DNA of 64,000 bases from positions 320,001-384,000 of the forward strand of contig OZ219815.1 in the NCBI GenBank assembly GCA_964291235.2. Reading direction: 5' to 3'. Positions 47,427 to 56,569 of this stretch are shown here, in pieces. The notes beneath the pieces are model-generated. The model searched no databases. It had not been told where the DNA came from and saw only the letters and a list, made by a program, of their open reading frames with translations. Source of the DNA: Vicinamibacteria bacterium (GTDB lineage: Bacteria > Acidobacteriota > Vicinamibacteria > Marinacidobacterales > Marinacidobacteraceae). The translations under genes and the position numbers were made by a program. Every line of letters begins with the position of its first letter. Position 1 is the stretch's first letter.

Positions 47427-48230
47427 ATGAGCGCGGGCATTTTGGGCGGGTTCCTGGTATCCGCGCTCTCCGGGCTCTACACCTCGTTCTGGGGCGGGTT
47501 CAAGGACTCGCCGTGGGAAGGCTTCAAACCGCGCACCTTCCCGCGCAGCATCCTGTTCTCGGTCGCCATCTTCGCGTTCCTGCTCGCGGTTCCCGCCCTC
47601 CGGGAGCGGATCGCGGGGCTCGGACTCGTCCAGCTTTTCTTCCTGGTGATGGGGCTCGAAAGGTTCCTGACCGAGCTTCACAAGGGCTGCTTCCGGGAGG
47701 AGCCGCAGGAGAAGTACTTCGTCCCCTCGGCCCTCACGATTCTCGGGCGTCCGGTCAGGAGCCGCGCGCTCCGAATCGCGGCGGGCGTGGTGCTCGTTTC
47801 GGGAGTCATCGCCGTTCTCTTCCTCGGGGCCCCGGTGACCGGGTTTTGGTCCTACCTGGTCGTCGCCTACCTCACCGGGCTCCTGGTTTCCGGCGGCGGC
47901 GCCTGGAAGGACGCTCCCTTCGAGGGATTCCAGACGCTGAAGTTCTTCCGGTCCGGGCTCACCCTGGCGATCGCCTCCCCGATCTTCTATTGGCTCCAGA
48001 CACCCGGAGAACCGGTCGCGCTCGGGATCCTCATCTACATGAACGGCGGTCTCGAGCGGTTCCTGGTCGAGTACTACAAGACCTACATCCAGCGGAACAT
48101 GTCCGGCAAGTTCCGGCCCGATCTGCCGCGGGTGGAGTCCTTCCGCCGTGAGGCATTTCACTACGGGGCCTGGGTGCTGATCCTCGCGGTCGCCGCGACC
48201 GCCTTCCTCGAAGCCGGCGCCTCCGGCTAA
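47427..48230 (+). CDS. hypothetical polytopic membrane protein with internal duplication
   Basis: Several TM segments; repeated KDxPxEGF and GLERFLxExxK motifs. Confidence 0.8.
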   Translation: MSAGILGGFLVSALSGLYTSFWGGFKDSPWEGFKPRTFPRSILFSVAIFAFLLAVPALRERIAGLGLVQLFFLVMGLERFLTELHKGCFREEPQEKYFVPSALTILGRPVRSRALRIAAGVVLVSGVIAVLFLGAPVTGFWSYLVVAYLTGLLVSGGGAWKDAPFEGFQTLKFFRSGLTLAIASPIFYWLQTPGEPVALGILIYMNGGLERFLVEYYKTYIQRNMSGKFRPDLPRVESFRREAFHYGAWVLILAVAATAFLEAGASG

Positions 48231-48246
48231 CGGACGCCATCGGGCC

Positions 48247-49788
48247 ATGTCCCGCTCGGAGGACCACCAGTTCTCCCGGCGGGCGCCCGGCTGGGACGTC
48301 GTCGTCATCGGTTCGGGGCTCGGCGGAGCGCTCGCCGGCCACCGGCTTACCGAGGCCGGGGCCCGGGTGCTCGTGCTGGAGCGCGGCCGCTGGCCGCACC
48401 GGGACGAAGGGGACTGGGACCCCCAGGCGATCCTCACCGACCTCCGCTACCGCGGACCGGTATCGCTCTCCGTCCGCCAGCGCGGGGACCGGCAGTTCCG
48501 TCCGCTCCCGATGAATGAGACCGTGGGCGGAATGTCGGCGTTCTACGGAGGCGCGTCGCTCCGACTCCGGCCCGCCGACTTCGCTCGCTGGCCATTCGAC
48601 TACGACGATCTCGAGCCCTTCTACGACCGGGCGGAGCGGCTCCTGGGCGTTCACGGCCGAGCGGGCGCCGACCCTTCCGAGCCGCCGCGCTCGGGCGCCT
48701 ATCCCTTCGCTCCCATCCCCTACTCGGCGCCGGCGGAGCGGATCCGGGGAGCGGGAGAGTCGCTGGGGCTGCGGCCGTTTCCCATCCCGCTGGCCATCAA
48801 CTTCTCCGGGAGCGGCGGCCCGCGTTGCGTGCGGTGTAACACCTGCGACGGCTTCCCGTGCGCCATCGAGGCCAAGAACGACGCGGCCGGCATCCTCCGC
48901 CACGCCGAACGCCAGGGGTTGACCGTCCGCCCCGGGGTCGTGGTGCGCACCCTGGAGATCGCCGGAGGAAGAGTGGCTCGCGCGCACTGCGGCGACCAGG
49001 AGTCCGGGGAGGCGTTCTCCATCGAGGCGCCGCTCTTCGTGCTCGCGGCAGGTGCGCTCGGGAGCCCGGCGGTCCTCCTCCGGTCCGGCCTGGCCGCCCG
49101 CGACGGGAGCGGACCGCTACCGATCGGACGCTTTCTCATGCGCCACTGCAACGCGGTGGTCGCCGGCTTCTTCCCCTTCCGGACGAACCCGGAAGCGGTC
49201 TTTCACAAGCAGGTCTGTTTCACCGATTTCTACGAGGACCGGCGGACCCGGGACGGCCTTGCGGTCGGAATCATCCAGGACATCTACACCCCCGACGTCG
49301 GCGTCGTCCGACGCGCCGCCGGAAGGCTCGCCGGCGCCTTCCTGGCAGAAGCGCTGGTGCACCGGCTTCAGAATCTCCTCTGCGTCGCCGAGGACGCTCC
49401 GGACCCGGACAACCGGGTTTTCCTGGCCGACGAAACGGATCCTTTCGGCCTGCCGAGGACCCAGGTGGAACACCGTTACCGGAACGCCGACGAGGAGCGC
49501 TTGCGACTGCTCGTCCGGAAGGCTCGCAAGATCCTCCGCGCGGCGGGAGCGCTCGCGACCCACGTCTGGCCGATTTCGTCGTTCTCCCACGCCGTGGGAA
49601 CGCTGCGGATGGGAGAGCGGGCAGACGAGGCGCCCCTCGACCCGGCCGGCCGGGTGCGGGGACTCGACAACCTGTTCGTAACCGACGGGAGCGCCTTTCC
49701 CGCCTCCGGAGGGGTGAACCCCAGCCTCACCATCGCGGCGGGGGCTCTCCGGGTAGCGGAGGGAATCGTGCATCGGAAACCATCATGA
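48247..49788 (+). CDS. GMC family flavin oxidoreductase with Fe-S-type Cys cluster
   Basis: GSGLGG, VGGMSAFYG, CVRCNTCDGFPC, HAVGTLRMG, NPSLTI. Confidence 0.9.
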   Translation: MSRSEDHQFSRRAPGWDVVVIGSGLGGALAGHRLTEAGARVLVLERGRWPHRDEGDWDPQAILTDLRYRGPVSLSVRQRGDRQFRPLPMNETVGGMSAFYGGASLRLRPADFARWPFDYDDLEPFYDRAERLLGVHGRAGADPSEPPRSGAYPFAPIPYSAPAERIRGAGESLGLRPFPIPLAINFSGSGGPRCVRCNTCDGFPCAIEAKNDAAGILRHAERQGLTVRPGVVVRTLEIAGGRVARAHCGDQESGEAFSIEAPLFVLAAGALGSPAVLLRSGLAARDGSGPLPIGRFLMRHCNAVVAGFFPFRTNPEAVFHKQVCFTDFYEDRRTRDGLAVGIIQDIYTPDVGVVRRAAGRLAGAFLAEALVHRLQNLLCVAEDAPDPDNRVFLADETDPFGLPRTQVEHRYRNADEERLRLLVRKARKILRAAGALATHVWPISSFSHAVGTLRMGERADEAPLDPAGRVRGLDNLFVTDGSAFPASGGVNPSLTIAAGALRVAEGIVHRKPS

Positions 49789-50750
49789 CGAGGAAACCCG
49801 GCGCCGCGCCCGTGGACCGGCCGCGGATCGCCATTGTCGGTTGCGGACGGATCGCCGGGGTGCACGCCGGCAACCTCTCCCGAGACGCCCGGCTCGCGTT
49901 CACGAGCCGGAACCCCGAGTCGGCGCGGGCGTTCGCGGCGCGCTTCTCCGGCGAACCGCTGGCCGGCTTTGACGAGGCTCTCGAGCGGAAGGACATCGCC
50001 GCGGTCGCGATCTGTTCTCCGCTCGAGCACCACGGCGCCCAGGCCGTCGCGGCGCTCGAAGCCGGCAAGACCGTCCTCGTGGAAAAGCCGCTGGCGCAGT
50101 CGCCGGGCGAAGTGGAAGCCATCGGCCGCGCACTCGCCGGCCGGCCCCCCGGCTCGCTGATGGTCGCCGAGAACTACCTGTACAAGCCTTCCCTCGACGT
50201 GCTCCGGGCGTGGCTCCCGGCGATCGGCCCCCTGCGGCGAGTCCGGATCTCCAAGCTGACCCGACAGGAACCCGCCGGCTGGCGCACCCGACACGGCGCC
50301 CTTCTCGAAGGCGGCATCCACTTCGTAGCGCTGCTCGGTGCACTTGTAGGAGAAACGCCCAGCTCGGTAAAGGCCGCTTTCCCGGGCGCAACCGAACCGG
50401 AGCGCTCTTCGCTGGTGGAACTCGAGTACCCGTCGGGAGCCCGCGGCGAGGTGCGCTACGCGTGGAACGTCCGCTCGCTTCCCGGCGGCATCCTCCAGCA
50501 TTCCCGGATCGAGGGCGCGCACGGCCGCATCGTCTTCGAGAGCAACGGGCTTTACGCCGGAGTGGTTGGCTACCAGGGACGCCGGGGGTTACGGCTCCGC
50601 CTCGGGCCGGTGACCGACCTCTTGGGGTTTCGCGCGATGGCGCAGGATTTTCTACGCTCGGTCCAAGATCCGGAACACCGTCCGCGGTCCGATTTCGAGA
50701 CCGCCCGCCGCGATCTGGAAATTGTCTTCCGGGCTTATGACACTCGGTAA
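49785..50750 (+). CDS. Gfo/Idh/MocA NAD(P)-dependent oxidoreductase
   Basis: VGCGRI, AGKTVLVEKP, GALLEGGIH; ATGA overlap. Confidence 0.88.
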   Translation: MTRKPGAAPVDRPRIAIVGCGRIAGVHAGNLSRDARLAFTSRNPESARAFAARFSGEPLAGFDEALERKDIAAVAICSPLEHHGAQAVAALEAGKTVLVEKPLAQSPGEVEAIGRALAGRPPGSLMVAENYLYKPSLDVLRAWLPAIGPLRRVRISKLTRQEPAGWRTRHGALLEGGIHFVALLGALVGETPSSVKAAFPGATEPERSSLVELEYPSGARGEVRYAWNVRSLPGGILQHSRIEGAHGRIVFESNGLYAGVVGYQGRRGLRLRLGPVTDLLGFRAMAQDFLRSVQDPEHRPRSDFETARRDLEIVFRAYDTR

Positions 50751-50774
50751 TTCAGTAGTTTATGGGGCCCGAGT

Positions 50775-50785
50775 TGTGGTATATT
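50775..50785 (+). promoter_or_regulatory. extended -10 promoter (TGTG-G-TATATT)
   Basis: AT-rich patch in a GC-rich background, 6 nt before the first stem of the candidate sRNA. Confidence 0.6.
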
Positions 50786-50791
50786 TCCATT

Positions 50792-50914
50792 GCGCTGGAA
50801 AGTTCACCTCCTTACATCCGGCGTCCGGCTCGGCCGGGGGCTGTCGCGCGAAGACCCACCCATCCCCAAGCGGCAGCCCGAAGGGGGTTGCGCCGGCGCT
50901 CCGGCGCTTTTTTT
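50792..50914 (+). ncRNA. candidate small regulatory RNA with anti-SD loop
   Basis: Three stem-loops plus terminator; loop 1 contains TCACCTCCTTA. Confidence 0.6.
50890..50914 (+). terminator. intrinsic terminator
   Basis: GCGCCGG-CGCT-CCGGCGC followed by T7. Confidence 0.8.
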
Positions 50915-50943
50915 GTGTACGGCGCTTCCCCACGCCCCGGATG

Positions 50944-52116
50944 TCAGGAGCTTCCGAAGCGGGCGAGCCGGTAGTCCCCGAGCAGGGCGACCTCGACGTC
51001 GTCGAGGATCTCCATGGCGGCGAACATCCCCATGATGGGCGCCATGGTCACCCCACTGTGCATTGAGGCGAAGTAGATGCCGGGAGCCGCGGGATCGAAA
51101 CCGACGATCGGGTGTCCGTCCCTGGGAAGCACCCGGTAGCCGAGGGTGACCTCGTCCACCTCCAACCCGCTCGCCGCGGGAAGGACCTTGGCGGTCTCTC
51201 GGAAGATCTCCTCACCCACGGCGCGGGAGTGGTCCGTGGCGCCCGCACCCGCGAAGCCGACGCCGGCGACCACCTTCCCCTCCGCCGCCTGCTTCACGTG
51301 GATGCTCGGCGCCAGCACGATCCGGTTTACCACGGACTTCGCGGGGGTCGAATGGGCCAGGATGCCAGGGGACTCCACGAGCGGGACCTCGACGCCGGCC
51401 TGCCGGGCGAGTTCGGGCGCCTGCACGCCGGCGGCAAGCACCAGGGTGTCGAGTTCGTGGTCTCCGGCTGAGGTCCGGACACCGCGCAGGACGCCGTAAC
51501 CGATATCCAACGACTGGACCTCGGCAATCAGAAACCTGGCGCCGGCGGACTCGGCCGCGGCCCAGAGCGCGCGGGTCGCCGAGCGAGGTTCGATGTGCCC
51601 TTCGGCGCTCGCCCAGATCGCAGCGAGAACCGGCGCCTCGGGAGTCAGTCCCGGCTCCAGCTCGTGAAACCTCGCTTCGTCCACCTGGTGGACGGGATAC
51701 CCCCAACGTTGGGCCCGGGCGAGCTGTTCATGGAGCACCCGGACGCGGTCCGCTTCAATGCGGTACTCCAGAGTGCCCCCCCAACTCACCTGAAGGGCGC
51801 CCTCGAGCTCGGCCTCGAGCCGGCGCCAGCCCTGCATGCCGCGCCAGTTCAGCTCGTGATAGGAATGCGGCCGCTTGGAGAAATTGGCGTTCATCCAGGC
51901 GAAGGAGTTCCCGGTGGCGCCCGCCGCCGGACCTTCGCGCTCGAAAACGGTGACTTCAGCGCCCCGCCGGGCGAGGTGCAGCGCGATGGAACACCCGAGA
52001 ATGCCCCCGCCGACCACCCCGATCCGGCCGTTCAGGCGCTGGGCGGCCGAAACGCCGCGGTAGCCCGAGGTCACCGCGACGCCCGCGACCGAAGTCAGGA
52101 ACCGACGCCGTCGCAT
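50944..52116 (-). CDS. FAD-dependent oxidoreductase (DAO/glycine oxidase family), Tat signal
   Basis: MRRRRFL; VVGGGILG, GATGNSFAW, GYRVLPRDGHPIVG, HSGVTMAP. Confidence 0.88.
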   Translation of the reverse strand: MRRRRFLTSVAGVAVTSGYRGVSAAQRLNGRIGVVGGGILGCSIALHLARRGAEVTVFEREGPAAGATGNSFAWMNANFSKRPHSYHELNWRGMQGWRRLEAELEGALQVSWGGTLEYRIEADRVRVLHEQLARAQRWGYPVHQVDEARFHELEPGLTPEAPVLAAIWASAEGHIEPRSATRALWAAAESAGARFLIAEVQSLDIGYGVLRGVRTSAGDHELDTLVLAAGVQAPELARQAGVEVPLVESPGILAHSTPAKSVVNRIVLAPSIHVKQAAEGKVVAGVGFAGAGATDHSRAVGEEIFRETAKVLPAASGLEVDEVTLGYRVLPRDGHPIVGFDPAAPGIYFASMHSGVTMAPIMGMFAAMEILDDVEVALLGDYRLARFGSS

Positions 52117-52384
52117 GATCACCAGCCCCTGACCCGCAACGGGAGGCCCGTCGCGGCCATAAGCGGGGAGAGGACCCCGGGCGTGGCGCGCCGCGATGGG
52201 GAAGTGTGCATGGGGGAGCCTCCGGAAGCTAGCGGGAGAGCCAATTTACCGGACGGGCCGCGGGGCGGCGAGTCGGCCCCCCGCGGTTCTTCCGGTGGGG
52301 GCCGGCCGGGATACATCGCCGCTTGAACCCCGCGGGGGTTTGCTACAGGCTCTTAGCAGCGAGATGGCCAGGAATCGGAACACC

Positions 52385-54304
52385 ATGGATTCCAGCGGCG
52401 GAAGCCGGAAGCGGGACCGCGACCTCGGGATGCGGCGGGAAATCAGCCGGCGGGACTTCCTCAACGGGATTCCGCTGGGCCTTGGGGCCCTCACCCTCCC
52501 GGGTGCTTCCGGGTGGCTGCTCGGCGCCTGCACGGCGCCGGAACCGGGCGGTCCCTATCCGCCGGCGCTCACCGGGTTGCGGGGCAGCCACCCGGGTTCC
52601 TTCGAGGTCGCGCATGAGATGCGGGACCGCTTCGAGCGAACCGGCCCGTGGGACGACTCGGGCGCGGCCGACGGGGGGACCTTCGATCTGGTGGTGGTCG
52701 GCGGCGGCATCAGCGGCCTGAGCGCCGCCTGGTTCTACCGCAAGGCCTTCCCGGAGGCGCGGATTCTGGTTCTCGACAACCACGACGACTTCGGCGGACA
52801 TGCGAAACGGAACGAGTTCACCCACGAGGGCCGCACCGTGCTCGCCTACGGTGGAACCCAGTCCCTCGATTCGCCGTCGACGTTCAGCTCGGCGGTTCAC
52901 GGCCTGCTGGAGGATCTCGGAGTCGATCTGGACCTCTTCTTCACCGCTTTCGACCGTGACCTCTACCGGTCCCGCGGATTGCAGAACGCGGTCTTCTTCG
53001 GCGAGGAGGACTTTGACGAGGACCGGCTGGTCACCGGCATGGGGCGGCGTCCGGCAGCGGAGTTCGCCACCGCCGCGCCCCTGAGCCAGACCGGACGGTC
53101 CGACTTCATCCGCCTCTCAGAGTCACCGGGGGATCCCTGGCCCGAGCTCGACGAATCGGCCAAGAAGGAAAAACTGGCGGCCACCAGCTACCAGGCGTTC
53201 CTCGAGACCCTCGGGATGGGCGCCGAAATCCAGGCGCTCTACCGCCAGCGCACCCACGGATTGTTCGGGATGGGACCGGACGGGGTTCCGGCCCTCGACC
53301 TCTGGGGGCTTGGGTATCCGGGTTTCTCGGACCTGGGCCTCACCACCGGCGACCATCCCCGACTCAGCCTCACCGCGAAGCCGAACGAGAATCCCGATCC
53401 CTACATCTTCCACTTTCCGGACGGGAACGCCACCATCGCCCGTCTCCTGGTCCGCAAGCTGGTGCCCACGGCCGCCGCCGGAAACACCGGCGAAGACATT
53501 GTGCTGGCTCGGCTGGCCTACGGCGCACTGGACCGGCCGGACTCCGGGTGCCGCATCCGGCTGAACAGCACCGCGGTGCGGGTGCGGGAAGGCGGGGACG
53601 GCGAGGGCAGCGTGACCTATGTGCAGGACGGAAACGAAGTCCGGGTCCGCGCCCGGCAGATCGTGCTTGCCTGTTACAACCGGGTGATTCCCTACCTGGT
53701 GCCCGAACTGCCGCGAGAACAGCGGGAGGCGCTGGCCTACCCGCCCAAGGTGCCGCTCGTCTATTCGAACGTTCTCATCCGCAACTGGACCTCCTTCGTC
53801 TCGCTCGGCGCCTCGGGGATCTACTTCCCGGCAGGATTCCACGCCAGCGTCTCGCTCGATTTTCCGGTGAGCATCGGGGGCTACGACTTCTCGAGCGGCC
53901 CCGAGGATCTCGTCGTGCTGCACGCGGTGCGCACGCCCTGTCTCCCGGGCGCGAGCGCCCGGGTCCAGCATCAGGCCGGCCAAAACGATCTGCTGCAGAT
54001 GAGTTTCGAGACGTTCGAGCGCGAGACCCGCTCCCAGCTCGCCCGGGCCCTGGGGCCCGGAGGCTTCGATCCGGCTCGCGACATTCTCGGACTCACCGTG
54101 AACCGCTGGCCGCACGGGTACTCGTTCGAATACAACTCGCTTTGGGATCCGCCCTTCGCCCCCGGCGAAGCTCCGAACGAGATTGGCCGGAAGGCCTTCG
54201 GCAAGGTCCACATCGCGAACTCCGACGCCGCGGCGTACGCCTACACCCACGCGGCCATCGACGAGGCCCACCGCGCGGTCAGCGAGATCGTGAACGGCGG
54301 GTAG
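52385..54304 (+). CDS. spermidine dehydrogenase (SpdH)-like flavoprotein, Tat signal
   Basis: SRRDFLNG, YPPALTGLRGSHPGSFEVAH, DNHDDFGGHAKRNEF, HFPDGNA, VNRWPHGY, IANSD. Confidence 0.8.
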   Translation: MDSSGGSRKRDRDLGMRREISRRDFLNGIPLGLGALTLPGASGWLLGACTAPEPGGPYPPALTGLRGSHPGSFEVAHEMRDRFERTGPWDDSGAADGGTFDLVVVGGGISGLSAAWFYRKAFPEARILVLDNHDDFGGHAKRNEFTHEGRTVLAYGGTQSLDSPSTFSSAVHGLLEDLGVDLDLFFTAFDRDLYRSRGLQNAVFFGEEDFDEDRLVTGMGRRPAAEFATAAPLSQTGRSDFIRLSESPGDPWPELDESAKKEKLAATSYQAFLETLGMGAEIQALYRQRTHGLFGMGPDGVPALDLWGLGYPGFSDLGLTTGDHPRLSLTAKPNENPDPYIFHFPDGNATIARLLVRKLVPTAAAGNTGEDIVLARLAYGALDRPDSGCRIRLNSTAVRVREGGDGEGSVTYVQDGNEVRVRARQIVLACYNRVIPYLVPELPREQREALAYPPKVPLVYSNVLIRNWTSFVSLGASGIYFPAGFHASVSLDFPVSIGGYDFSSGPEDLVVLHAVRTPCLPGASARVQHQAGQNDLLQMSFETFERETRSQLARALGPGGFDPARDILGLTVNRWPHGYSFEYNSLWDPPFAPGEAPNEIGRKAFGKVHIANSDAAAYAYTHAAIDEAHRAVSEIVNGG

Positions 54305-54318
54305 CGGGCCCCCGCCCA

Positions 54319-55143
54319 GTGCCCGAGCTGCCGGAGGCCGAAGCCAACCGGGAAAACCTGACCTCCTGGCTGGCCGGCGAACGCCTGCAGGTGGTCAGCG
54401 TTCCGGACCCGCTGACGCGGCGGGGTCAAGAGGAAAGGGCGATCCGGGCGGCCGCGGAAGGCCTGACCGTCGCCGCGGTCCGGCGGCGCGGCAAGTTCCT
54501 GCGTCTCGAGTTGAAAGGATGCGGCCCGGCGCTCCTCAGCCACCTCGGCATGAGCGGCAAGTGGGCCTTGCGACACACCGGGGAAGCGGACCCGCCCGCG
54601 GTACGCGCCGCGCTTGGCATCGCCGGCGGGCGCCGGGTGGTCTTTTCGGACAAACGGCGTTTCGGCCACTTTTCGATCTGCCTGCCGGCCGATGAGGAAA
54701 GACTCGCCCGCCTCGGACCGGAGCCGCTGGGGCCCGCCTTCACGGGCAAGGGACTCGCCGCCCTGCTCCGCGCCAGCCGCCGACCCGTCAAATCGCTCCT
54801 GATGGACCAGGACCGGATTGCGGGGATCGGCAACATCCAGGCGGCCGAGGCGCTCTGGCGCGCGGGAATCCACCCCGCCCGGAGTTCCACCCACGTCGGA
54901 AATCGGGAGGCGGCAAAACTCCATCGGGCAATCCGCTGGACGTTGCGCCGGTCCATCCGCAGCACCCGGACTCCGGAAATTCTCTACCTGAGCGACGGCG
55001 AGGCGGGACGCCAGAGCACCTCCGCCCGGTTCTTCGTTTACGGCCGGGAAGGAACGGCCTGTCCCCGCTGCCGGCGGGGCATCATCGCCCGCATACCGAT
55101 TGCCGGACGGTCCTCCTTCTATTGCCCGCGCTGCCAGATTTGA
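54319..55143 (+). CDS. mutM: formamidopyrimidine-DNA glycosylase (Fpg/Nei family)
   Basis: GTG-PELPE, RRGKFL, HLGMSG, LLMDQ..IAGIGNI, C-terminal CPRC...CPRCQ zinc finger. Confidence 0.9.
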   Translation: MPELPEAEANRENLTSWLAGERLQVVSVPDPLTRRGQEERAIRAAAEGLTVAAVRRRGKFLRLELKGCGPALLSHLGMSGKWALRHTGEADPPAVRAALGIAGGRRVVFSDKRRFGHFSICLPADEERLARLGPEPLGPAFTGKGLAALLRASRRPVKSLLMDQDRIAGIGNIQAAEALWRAGIHPARSSTHVGNREAAKLHRAIRWTLRRSIRSTRTPEILYLSDGEAGRQSTSARFFVYGREGTACPRCRRGIIARIPIAGRSSFYCPRCQI

Positions 55144-55161
55144 CGCTCGACCTTCGCGGCA

Positions 55162-55335
55162 TGTTAGGCTTCGGGAACAGCAGTCGGGGCCAGTGCCCGC
55201 GTTTCTAACGTTCTTCGACCTGCTCCTTTCGCCGGCGATTCAGCGCCGCTGAGTCGCCCCGGGCACTCCGATTGACTGACGTGTCGCGCACCCGTTGCGC
55301 GGCTGCTCCGGATGGCCCACCGGGCCATCCCTCGT
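55162..55335 (+). ncRNA. candidate structured leader or sRNA behind an extended -10
   Basis: TGTTAGGCT then nested stems CAGTCGG/CCGATTG, AGTGCCCG/CGGGCACT, GGCGATTCAGC/GCTGAGTCGCC and GGATGGCCC/GGGCCATCC. Confidence 0.4.
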
Positions 55336-55360
55336 TTCAAACGTAGATCTTTCTTCCCGA

Positions 55361-55807
55361 ATGAAGTACCGCCGCCGCGGACAGCGCAAACGCCGCGATA
55401 CGGAAGAGCAACGCCGTTTCCAGCGCGAGGTCAACGAGCGACTCGCCGACCTCGGAAACACGGAACAACTTCGTACGTTGCGGCTCGCCGGGGACCGGCG
55501 CGCCACGATCGTGACCCGCTGCGCGCGCTGCGGCTATCAGTGGCCTACGGGCGAAGTGTCCATCGTCGTCGGTTCAACGTGCCCCACCTGCAACACCCCG
55601 CTGAGGTCGTGCCGCCACTGCGCGCTCTTCGATCCGAAAGAACGGTTCGAGTGCCGGGCCGACATCGCCGAACGCATCGTGAACAAGTGGGCCGGCAATG
55701 AGTGCCTCTCCTTCCGTCCTACGGAAGTTCTCGACGTGACTGGTCGGAAGCTCGACACCGCGCGGGACGCCAAGGCCGCCTTCGACAGCCTCTTCGAGAG
55801 CAGTTGA
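55361..55807 (+). CDS. hypothetical multi-Cys zinc-binding protein
   Basis: CARC, CPTC, CRHC, FEC, NEC; very basic N-terminus. Confidence 0.75.
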   Translation: MKYRRRGQRKRRDTEEQRRFQREVNERLADLGNTEQLRTLRLAGDRRATIVTRCARCGYQWPTGEVSIVVGSTCPTCNTPLRSCRHCALFDPKERFECRADIAERIVNKWAGNECLSFRPTEVLDVTGRKLDTARDAKAAFDSLFESS

Positions 55808-56508
55808 ACCTTCTTGCCGGCACGTCCGGCTACGGCTTTCGGGAGTGGGTGGGAGCTTTCTACCCGGCGAAAACAAAACCCGCCGAGTTCCTTGGGTACT
55901 ACGCGTCGGTTTTCCGCAGCGTCGAGGTGAATCACACCTTCCGGCGCTTCCCGAAGCCGGAACTCGCAGCTTCCTGGGCCGCGAGCACCCCGGACTCCTT
56001 CCGGTTCGCCGTCAAGGCGCACCAGGGGATCACCCACCGGGCCCGACTCGCAGACACCGAAGAGTCGGTAGCGTCCTTTCTCAAGGCGCTCGAGCCGCTG
56101 GGGGAACGGCTCGGGCCGGTCCTCTTCCAGTGCCCTCCCTGGTTTCGCCGGGACGACGACCGGCTCGAGCGTTTTCTCGGAAGCCTCCCGAAAGGAGGCC
56201 GTTTCGCCCTCGAGTTTCGGCACGATTCATGGCAGTGCGACGCCGTCCGGGCGGCATGCCGGGCCGCCGGAGCGACACTAGTCGCCGGTGTCACGGATCT
56301 CGACCGGGATCCGGAAATCTCCATCACCGCGGACTTCGCCTACGTCCGCCTCCGCCGCGACCCGCCCTATAGCCCGGAGGAGCGGCAGGTGATTTCCCGG
56401 ATGCTGGACCGGCTACGCGACCAGGTCGAAACTCTCTACCTCTACGTCAAGCACGACGGGCCCGGGTTGGCCCCCGAAGCGGTGTCCTGGATCCAGCGGC
56501 TGGGCTAG
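55804..56508 (+). CDS. DUF72 domain protein
   Basis: TTG start overlapping the upstream stop; GTSGY, VEVNHTF, FAVKA, LGPVLFQCPP, EFRH.SW, YVRLR. Confidence 0.9.
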   Translation: MNLLAGTSGYGFREWVGAFYPAKTKPAEFLGYYASVFRSVEVNHTFRRFPKPELAASWAASTPDSFRFAVKAHQGITHRARLADTEESVASFLKALEPLGERLGPVLFQCPPWFRRDDDRLERFLGSLPKGGRFALEFRHDSWQCDAVRAACRAAGATLVAGVTDLDRDPEISITADFAYVRLRRDPPYSPEERQVISRMLDRLRDQVETLYLYVKHDGPGLAPEAVSWIQRLG

Positions 56509-56569
56509 GAGAGGGCGGACCTTCTCACCCGGCCGATGGAAGCCGCGAGTTGTCAGAGCGGGGAGTCGT

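Noticed and set aside
50752-50813. Minus-strand SD AAGGAGGTGA with a 12-aa peptide (MEIYHNSGPINY), or a 16S rRNA remnant
   Set aside because: SD-ATG spacing is too long and there is no other rRNA similarity; the promoter and terminator point to the plus strand.
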